Below, piece by piece: positions 56,836-64,000 of a stretch of 64,000 nucleotides of DNA. Source of the DNA: Paenibacillaceae bacterium (lineage in GTDB: Bacteria; Bacillota; Bacilli; Paenibacillales; CANHGK01). Position 1 is the stretch's first letter. The number at the start of each line of letters is the position of its first letter. Below the pieces are notes generated by a model, which worked only from the letters and a program-made list of their open reading frames with translations, had not been told where the DNA came from and ran no database searches. Position numbers and translations under genes: made by a program. The stretch is taken from the NCBI GenBank assembly GCA_947460235.1, contig CANHGK010000003.1, forward strand, positions 150,377 through 214,376, read 5' to 3'.

Positions 56836-59800
56836 TAACCGCTCACGACCTCTCCCGTTTGCAAAAAGAATAAATACGTTTGTTGAACCTTCATCCCGGT
56901 CGACTCTTCAACGGCGCGGCGATACCACGAAATTTGCTCTAAATATGCTTCTTTGCGCGCTTGTTCATCCGCTTTGCTTACCTTTTCGAATCGATCGGTT
57001 TTGTAATCCAAAATAAAAATACCTTGTTCATCCTGCCACATCAAATCAATGATCCCTTGTACAAGTACCCGTTCTTGCAGAGCGACGTCAGCACCGCTCA
57101 ACTCGGGGTACACTTCAACTGCATCAAGTGACAAACTAAACGGTTGTTCCCGCCAAACTCGCGTTGCGGCGCGGAATTGTTTGCCTAGATCATGGCGCAA
57201 AAAACCGAGCAATTGCGACGCATCGACCATATCGACCGCCAATGCATCCAACCCTTGCTGGCGCGTCTGCTCACCAATCCAATCGTTCAACATCTGAAGC
57301 GCATTCGGGGCGTCCCAATCTAACTTTCGGTTTACGCGCTGCATAAATTGATGTACAAGCGTCCCGATCATTTTGCCGTCGATTCCATTGTTTGGTCGAA
57401 ACACATCTTCATCTGGCAACTCCCAACGAAACGCTCCGCGTGCAACTTGCTTCGATACGATTTCATTCGTATCAATCGCATCTTCCGCAATGTCTTGTGC
57501 CGTAAGTTCTTTCAACTTCGAAACCGTCACTTTAGAAAATCGCGTCGTCCATTCTTCGAACGGATATTTCCATGTCAAATGTTTCGATAATGTTTCTAAT
57601 TTACCGTCCGGAGTAACTGCGACCGAATTCGTCGGCTGCACGTTTTCTGCATCCACTTTACTGTTTCTTTGTATGTCCGAGGTAGTTGTAAATGCACCCG
57701 GCGGAACCATCGTCACCAACCATTTTCCCTCGTCATCCGGACGTATTGATTGAGATGAAGGTTCTGTTGTTCCCATCCATTCACGAAGGGGAGTCGCACT
57801 CCGATGCCGCACCAGCGCAGGTGCAAGCCAATCCCAGTAACATTTTGCGTCAAGCCAATAATCAAATGGAATGACAGAATCCGCATACTCAGCAAGCGAA
57901 TCCCATCTCAAATGTTTAGCATTGCTTCGTTTGGGACTCACCACCAAAATCAAATGTTCTCGTGCCCGTGTAAGTGCAACGTATAAAATCCGTAGTTCTT
58001 CGGCCAACTGTTCGCGCCACGATTGTGTTCGGATCGAATAAAGTGGTAATGTCGTCCGACGCACGTGATTTTTCGGGTCCAAATATTGAACACCGACACC
58101 CAAATCTCTGTGCATCATAAACGGAGCTCGGTGATCTGACGCGTTAAAATTTGACGCCATAAGCGCAACGAAAACTACTGGAAATTCTAATCCTTTGGAT
58201 TTATGAATTGACATCACTCGCACTTGATTTGCGCCATCTTCCTGCAACCGTGCAGCACCAACCGGTTCGGTATCTCGTCGAATTCTTCGCATCCGCAGTA
58301 AAAAACGGTACAGACCACCTTCCCCAGACGTATCTGCTTGTGCCGCCATCTCCGTCATTGCCCGCAAATTCGCTTGCCGCTGTGGTCCTCCCGAAAGTCC
58401 TGCCTGAAGGGCGTAGAAACCGGTATCTTCCCAAATTTGCCACAACAACTGTACGACATTTACACGATGACGCAATTCCGACCAACGAGCCCATGACCGT
58501 TCATTTTCTAATAATTTTTCTTGCCAAAACGCGATTGACTGGCCTTGTTTGAATAACTTCGCAGCCTGCTCTATCGCTTGCTCATGCGCTAAATGAAAAT
58601 CACCATTTGGCAATACTAAGCGGATTTGCGTAAGTCCATCTTCATCCCACGAAAAATACGCCGATCGCAGCGTTGCCGCAAGTGGGATATCTTGTTTGCG
58701 ATTGTCCAATACTTCAAGCAATGACAATGTTGATAGCACTTCTGGCGCCTCAAACCAATTCTCCCGTATATCCGCATCCGCAGGAATTCCCGCCTTTCGG
58801 AATGCCTCGATCATCGGCATGCTATTCGAAGAGGTTGAACGTAGCAAAACAGTAATATCCGAGAATCGTAATGGTCGTTCATCTTTTAAATGTGGATCAA
58901 AAATTCGAATCGGCTCAGCATTCGGGCGATCCATACCCATTACGTGCAAAATACGTCTTGCAATCCATGCCGCTTCCCGCTGCACGCGGCTCCACGCTTG
59001 CCAAGACGCATCTTCGCCTTCTATTGCATCACTGCCCGTATCCCCTTCGCCGTCCTCTTCCGATTCAAATCCGCCTTCAGAATCCTCTACTTCTTCATCA
59101 AATTCCGCATCACTGGCTGGTTGAATCAATACAATTTCTGTTCGCGCCTGCACGCAACCTTCAATCGCCGATCCTTCAGGAACATCATTCCCCGGCCTTA
59201 GTTCAGCTTCTGCATCATAACTAATTTCTGCAGCTCCGCCGCCCATTAACTGACGAAAAAGTCCATTAACTGCATATAAAATATCCGTACGACTTCGGAA
59301 ATTATTCGACAACACAATGCGTGCTCCGCCATCGTTGTTCACGTAATTACGTTCATGTTCAAGAAACAATCCGGGCTCCGCCAAACGAAAACGATAAATA
59401 CTTTGTTTCACATCGCCAACCATGAATCGTGCCGAACCGCCCGTACCATCGGCAGCCGATGCTTCGCATAATAACGTAATAATGGTTTCCTGCACGCGGT
59501 TCGTATCCTGATATTCATCAACCATTACTTCCGCCAATTGTTTTCGTATTTCAATTGCAGCGTCCGTCGGCGTAATCGTATCCGGCAATTCGGTTACATC
59601 GCCTGTAGCTTCTTTACACAAGATTTTTAAACATAAATGTTCCAAATCCGAAAAATCAATCCAACTTTTTTCTGCTTTTGCCGCTTGAAATGCCTCATCA
59701 AACTGAATCGTTATTTCAACCCATGCACCGAGTAACGGTCCGAGTTTTGCGATATCATGTTCGATCGCACCACCGCCAAGCACGATTACTTTTTTGATCC

Positions 59801-60788
59801 ACTGACCGATGCGCTTTTTCCAATCGTCGCGTGCTCCTTTAATTCGGATACGCATTTGAGGTTCTGACCCATCGCGCGGAAACGATAGTGTTGGCCACTT
59901 GAATGCTGAATTTACATGCATTTGTAGCGCCTGTAGTCCTTCCTTCCAGCCAGTTTCCCATGCGGAGTGAAATGACTCGACGAGCAAACGATCTTTCTTG
60001 ATCGTTTTATCTGCAAATTCCTGCCCGAATGCTCGAATGCTCATCATGTAAACCTGTTCGATCCGCTCAAGCCAAGCTCCAGTCAAATCCAACGCTTGCT
60101 GACGAAACGGCTCAATCCACACACGTAAATCATTCGTTTCGTACGGTTTGAGCATACTAAATAACCAAGCTTTGGGCCACGGTTGACTGCGCGCCTGATC
60201 ATACAAAGCTAGAATACGTTCACCAATGACACGATCGTCGCTTCGACCGCCCCACGTTTCTGTTAATTGCCAAAACGGATGTTCTTTGGGCATGTCTTCA
60301 TATGCCTTGTCCAATATCGATTCAAGTACATCTTGGCGCATCATTTGAAGATCTGTTTCATTTGCGATTCTGAACGACGGATCCAACCCGATCCGGTAAA
60401 AATAACGCTGCAACACGTTTTTGCAAAACGCATGCAGCGTAGAAATCATCGCGCGCGGTAACAAATTAAGTTGACGCCGTAAGTTGCGCGCTTTTTCCGC
60501 AGTTTCGTCTGTATCATCTCGTTCTAATTGTTCGATTCGCAGTTCAAGGGAAGAGCGCAGCCTATGACGCATTTCGGCAGCTGCCGCTTCCGTAAACGTT
60601 GTTACCAACAATTGGTCAATCGTAACCGGATGGGTAGTATCGATTAACCGCGACATAATTCGTTCAATCAAAACCGCTGTTTTGCCAGAACCTGCCGCGG
60701 CAGCTAATAATAAACCTTTCGGCCTTGCATAAATTGCCTGCCATTGTTTGTCCGTCCACGACGCGCTCGCAGGTTTTGGTGGAATCAT
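56835..60788 (-). CDS. addA: ATP-dependent helicase/nuclease AddA
   Basis: It has the UvrD-type helicase motif AAAGSGKT and the C-terminal RecB-family nuclease motif LDYKTD. The ATG at 60788 overlaps the stop of the upstream HAD gene (ATGA). Confidence 0.92.
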   Translation of the reverse strand: MIPPKPASASWTDKQWQAIYARPKGLLLAAAAGSGKTAVLIERIMSRLIDTTHPVTIDQLLVTTFTEAAAAEMRHRLRSSLELRIEQLERDDTDETAEKARNLRRQLNLLPRAMISTLHAFCKNVLQRYFYRIGLDPSFRIANETDLQMMRQDVLESILDKAYEDMPKEHPFWQLTETWGGRSDDRVIGERILALYDQARSQPWPKAWLFSMLKPYETNDLRVWIEPFRQQALDLTGAWLERIEQVYMMSIRAFGQEFADKTIKKDRLLVESFHSAWETGWKEGLQALQMHVNSAFKWPTLSFPRDGSEPQMRIRIKGARDDWKKRIGQWIKKVIVLGGGAIEHDIAKLGPLLGAWVEITIQFDEAFQAAKAEKSWIDFSDLEHLCLKILCKEATGDVTELPDTITPTDAAIEIRKQLAEVMVDEYQDTNRVQETIITLLCEASAADGTGGSARFMVGDVKQSIYRFRLAEPGLFLEHERNYVNNDGGARIVLSNNFRSRTDILYAVNGLFRQLMGGGAAEISYDAEAELRPGNDVPEGSAIEGCVQARTEIVLIQPASDAEFDEEVEDSEGGFESEEDGEGDTGSDAIEGEDASWQAWSRVQREAAWIARRILHVMGMDRPNAEPIRIFDPHLKDERPLRFSDITVLLRSTSSNSMPMIEAFRKAGIPADADIRENWFEAPEVLSTLSLLEVLDNRKQDIPLAATLRSAYFSWDEDGLTQIRLVLPNGDFHLAHEQAIEQAAKLFKQGQSIAFWQEKLLENERSWARWSELRHRVNVVQLLWQIWEDTGFYALQAGLSGGPQRQANLRAMTEMAAQADTSGEGGLYRFLLRMRRIRRDTEPVGAARLQEDGANQVRVMSIHKSKGLEFPVVFVALMASNFNASDHRAPFMMHRDLGVGVQYLDPKNHVRRTTLPLYSIRTQSWREQLAEELRILYVALTRAREHLILVVSPKRSNAKHLRWDSLAEYADSVIPFDYWLDAKCYWDWLAPALVRHRSATPLREWMGTTEPSSQSIRPDDEGKWLVTMVPPGAFTTTSDIQRNSKVDAENVQPTNSVAVTPDGKLETLSKHLTWKYPFEEWTTRFSKVTVSKLKELTAQDIAEDAIDTNEIVSKQVARGAFRWELPDEDVFRPNNGIDGKMIGTLVHQFMQRVNRKLDWDAPNALQMLNDWIGEQTRQQGLDALAVDMVDASQLLGFLRHDLGKQFRAATRVWREQPFSLSLDAVEVYPELSGADVALQERVLVQGIIDLMWQDEQGIFILDYKTDRFEKVSKADEQARKEAYLEQISWYRRAVEESTGMKVQQTYLFFLQTGEVVSG

Positions 60789-61423
60789 CGTTTTGTCCAC
60801 GTTCGAATTGCATCCATTAATTGATCGGTCGTATCAATGATGCGATTCGGTTTGCCTTTTGATAATAAAGCCGCTGAATCAAAGCCCCAAGTGACCGAAT
60901 ATACATCACATCCTGCTTTTCGGCATGCCTCAATGTCACGAATTTCGTCGCCAATGTAAAGAACATCGCTTGGTTTCATACTTTGTTTTTTCAAAAAGCC
61001 AGTAATCGATTTATGTTTTCCGAACAATTGATTTGATCCAATCACGTGATCGAACATCGTCCAGCCCTGTTGTTGAAGAAATAATTGAATATTTTCGCTT
61101 TGATTCGATGAAATAATGCTCATCCGAAAGCCTTCTGCTTGCAACATCCGCAACATTTCCGCAATCCCGGCATAAGGTTGTAACAAACTAATCGCATCTT
61201 TGTACCTTTGCATCAAGTCGATGGCAATCTTAGGCAATTGCCAAATCGACACTTTTAACCAGCGCATTTTTTCCATCGCTGACAACGCCTGCAATTCCGG
61301 AATATCCTCTTCTTGAATTTTGCGAAAACGGTATTTATCTGCAATCGAATTAAATAGTTGCATACTTAAGCGTCTTGAATCAGCTAATGTTCCATCAAAA
61401 TCAAAAATCAAATACGCACTCAT
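60785..61423 (-). CDS. HAD-superfamily hydrolase (subfamily IA, phosphoglycolate phosphatase/PpaX-like)
   Basis: Motif I is FDFDGTLADS, motif II is ISSN, and motifs III/IV are K...GDEIRD. The product is 212 aa. Confidence 0.8.
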   Translation of the reverse strand: MSAYLIFDFDGTLADSRRLSMQLFNSIADKYRFRKIQEEDIPELQALSAMEKMRWLKVSIWQLPKIAIDLMQRYKDAISLLQPYAGIAEMLRMLQAEGFRMSIISSNQSENIQLFLQQQGWTMFDHVIGSNQLFGKHKSITGFLKKQSMKPSDVLYIGDEIRDIEACRKAGCDVYSVTWGFDSAALLSKGKPNRIIDTTDQLMDAIRTWTKR

Positions 61424-61427
61424 GACG

Positions 61428-64000
61428 TTACTCCTCTGCGGAAGGTTGCTCGAACGAAGCGAACCATTGTTTTTTCTCGACTTTTTTCACAGGTCGAACA
61501 TGTTGCTCGCCAAAGCGCGCATCAAACTGACAAACTGGCCGATAATCACAAAATGTACAGGCTACTTGTTGTCCATCTTGAATTGGGCTCGCCGGCGCAT
61601 CTCCGGCATATACACGTTTAGCGATATCCGTTACTTTTGTGCGCACATGCTTGCGGACATGTTCAAACTGCTCCGGCGAAATGACCATCGAATGCGAATC
61701 GGGCGTCCCATCCTTCTTAAGGTTGACACGTACGATATCACTTTTTGGCACGCCAATTTGCAATGCCTGATCCATTGCCTTAGACACGTTCATCGTTTTA
61801 GAATCATCGATGATGCATCCATCCATTTTGAATAATTTGTTGTACTCTTGTTTACGGTCTGATTCTGATGCGTTCATGCCGAGTTCTACAAACTTTTGGT
61901 CCATTCCAAAATAGAAAAATCCTGCCGGATGAACATTAAGTCCTTCACGTTCACGCTGCTTCATTAAAATATCTAAATAACTAATCACTTGCAATTCCAG
62001 CCCGGCTTCGATCCTTCCAAATACAATCGGATGTTTGCGGGATTTATAATCAATAATACGCATGTATGTGCCGTCAGTTCCGTCCCATTCATCAATGCGG
62101 TCGATTTTGCCTTTCAAAATAATCGGTATCCCAGCAATGTCGGACAGTTGATGCTCGAATTCATGCTCTAACGCCTTCGGACGGAATTGTCCAGCTTGTA
62201 ATTGACGCATTACTTGAAATGCATTTTCCTGCAAAAAACGTTCGACTTGACCGGCATGATATTGTCTGCGCACCGTTTCCGTAAAAAACGAGTGTTTAAC
62301 TGTTGGAATAACTGACTGCACGATTGCAGACACGACCGGATCGAGCGCCGCACGAGTGATTGGCGGCAAGGTCAGTTTTGATGATTGAGCGATTGGATGC
62401 TCACTTAGTAATTTTTGCATCACAAGATGATATAGCGTCCCAAGATCGCTCGCTTCAACTTGTCGTTCACGCCTTGGATTTAAACGCAAACCATAGTTGG
62501 CATAAAATTGATATGGACAACCCGCATACGATTCCAATTTGGATACGGATGTTCGCAATTCAGAACCATACAATTGTTCTGCCAACGGATGTGTAATTGC
62601 ACCAAATGCAGGCAATCGTAACGACATTGCCGATTGCAATGATTGCCATTGCTGTCGCCAAAATGGATCAACATGTCGCTTCAATTGCTCTAGCACAGCT
62701 GCAGAAGCTTCCTCTGGCTTGACCATATGGATTTCACTAATCATACGCGGATGAACGACATCCCACAGCGAAGGAATCTCAATTGTTTTTGCTTTCAAAT
62801 GTGGCAACGCCTTACGAACGTCAGCCACGAGTGAAGACGGTAAACATGCTTTACCGTCTTCATTCTGTAATGGATAACTGAGCCATAGCTGCTGTCCACT
62901 TCGCGTGAGTGCTTGGTACATCGCGTATGGTTCTTCGCTGAGCATCATTTTGGCAGACGGCGCTAACTCAATGCCATTACTCGCCAATTGCTCACGTTCA
63001 TGTTCACTAAATAATCCATCGCCCGTTTCCGCTTTTGGAAATACACCATCGATTAGTCCAAGTACATAAGAAATTTTCGGTGAAAATGAACGTGTACGGT
63101 CCACATGTCCAATCATCACTTGATCAAATGCAGGTGGTACCATAGCTACTTGTAAACCGGCCATTCCTGCAATAAATAAACGTTCAAACGTCGCCTGATT
63201 GACTTGTTGGTCACCAAGTAATGTCTCCATTTGTCCGAGCCAATCCAATATATGTTGCCAAATTTGCGACTGCATTGCCGCCAATTGTAATTTCCCTGCG
63301 CGTTCTTCTTTTTCCATCTCCGCTTGCAACCACGCTTTTGCAGCAATTGCCTCTAACCACGTTCGAATCGCCTGTACGCGATGACGACCTAATTTTGCGT
63401 TCGCCAAATCGCGTTGCAATTGTCGGAGAGGATCCGTCAATTGTGATTTCCATGAATCTGCAGAAGCTGGCCATTCTCCGCCAACATATGAAGTCGCCCC
63501 GCGCCATCCATAGGCAATTGCTCGATTCTCAAGTTCATCACGAGCAGCTTGAGGCATGTCAGGCAAAATGATTGGTGACTTCCACACGCGAAATAATGAA
63601 TCCACGCGCCAATTCGTACGCATCGTTTCAAGCGCGCCGAACATTGCTTCTAGGAGCGGATGCTGTCGAAGCGGTTTTTTTTCATCCATAAAAAATGGAA
63701 TTCCATAGGCTTCAAATACCAACCGAAACAAATCGGCGTATACCGCATCCCTCGTCAATACGAGGATGTCGCGATATCTCATTGCTCCTCGTTGCATTTG
63801 CTTAATAATGTCCTGCGCGGCCGCCTCTACTTCCGCTCGGCGATGGGCAGCAATGCGCATTCGAACGGCTCCTTCTGTTTCGGCAGCGGACACTTCTATA
63901 AGCGCCAAATTTGCTTGGCCCGAAAGCTTGGAAGTAAATTTAGCAGCGAATGCTTGCTCAAGCCGTTTCAACGCAGGTTGAATGAATCGATGATTGTGGT
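61428..64000 (-). CDS. addB: ATP-dependent helicase/nuclease AddB, C-terminal ~857 codons; the N-terminus lies beyond the right edge
   Basis: The C-terminal nuclease motif is IDYKS. The Fe-S cysteines are GCPYQFY ... CTFCDYRPVC. The reading frame stays open to position 64000. Confidence 0.9.
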   Translation of the reverse strand, partial: HNHRFIQPALKRLEQAFAAKFTSKLSGQANLALIEVSAAETEGAVRMRIAAHRRAEVEAAAQDIIKQMQRGAMRYRDILVLTRDAVYADLFRLVFEAYGIPFFMDEKKPLRQHPLLEAMFGALETMRTNWRVDSLFRVWKSPIILPDMPQAARDELENRAIAYGWRGATSYVGGEWPASADSWKSQLTDPLRQLQRDLANAKLGRHRVQAIRTWLEAIAAKAWLQAEMEKEERAGKLQLAAMQSQIWQHILDWLGQMETLLGDQQVNQATFERLFIAGMAGLQVAMVPPAFDQVMIGHVDRTRSFSPKISYVLGLIDGVFPKAETGDGLFSEHEREQLASNGIELAPSAKMMLSEEPYAMYQALTRSGQQLWLSYPLQNEDGKACLPSSLVADVRKALPHLKAKTIEIPSLWDVVHPRMISEIHMVKPEEASAAVLEQLKRHVDPFWRQQWQSLQSAMSLRLPAFGAITHPLAEQLYGSELRTSVSKLESYAGCPYQFYANYGLRLNPRRERQVEASDLGTLYHLVMQKLLSEHPIAQSSKLTLPPITRAALDPVVSAIVQSVIPTVKHSFFTETVRRQYHAGQVERFLQENAFQVMRQLQAGQFRPKALEHEFEHQLSDIAGIPIILKGKIDRIDEWDGTDGTYMRIIDYKSRKHPIVFGRIEAGLELQVISYLDILMKQREREGLNVHPAGFFYFGMDQKFVELGMNASESDRKQEYNKLFKMDGCIIDDSKTMNVSKAMDQALQIGVPKSDIVRVNLKKDGTPDSHSMVISPEQFEHVRKHVRTKVTDIAKRVYAGDAPASPIQDGQQVACTFCDYRPVCQFDARFGEQHVRPVKKVEKKQWFASFEQPSAEE

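Overview
This is a 64-kb chromosomal window from an endospore-forming Bacillales-type Firmicute (sigK, spoVS, spoIIIE, kapB and ricA are present; roughly 40-45% GC by eye). Nearly all genes are on the minus strand. Most of the window is conserved housekeeping backbone with B. subtilis-like synteny. In order it contains addB-(HAD)-addA, kapB, spoIIIE/ftsK, ymfF-ymfH-ymfI-ymfJ-ymfK-rodZ(ymfM), yajQ, rimO-pgsA, cinA-recA-recX and rny-ymdB-spoVS. These are followed by an M19 dipeptidase, korAB, miaB-ricA, hemEHY-glgCDA, serA, ppa, yitT, mecA and trmR-yrrN-yrrO. The left end holds a PBP/YtvI-like/PilZ operon, a PrsA-like PPIase, an uninterrupted sigK and a pilB-pilT-pilC type IV pilus block. I saw no rRNA, tRNA, CRISPR array, transposase, integrase or phage gene. 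The least explained region, and my best candidate for an undescribed system, is 25.9-31.8 kb, where the synteny breaks. It holds an orphan LuxR-type regulator followed by a tightly coupled four-gene operon: an LMW tyrosine phosphatase, a catalytically dead ABC-F-like nucleotide-binding-domain homologue, an LplT-like MFS transporter and a 678-aa secreted orphan protein. Other points of interest are a full-consensus cre box between sigK and pilB, MshEN-type c-di-GMP motifs in PilB, a HAD hydrolase wedged into addBA, a sensor-domain-only Cache-like protein, a nested inverted repeat upstream of korA, and several orphan small genes. All calls come from reading the ORF translations and the sequence by eye. 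Family assignments are from memory of family motifs, and no searches or computations were run.
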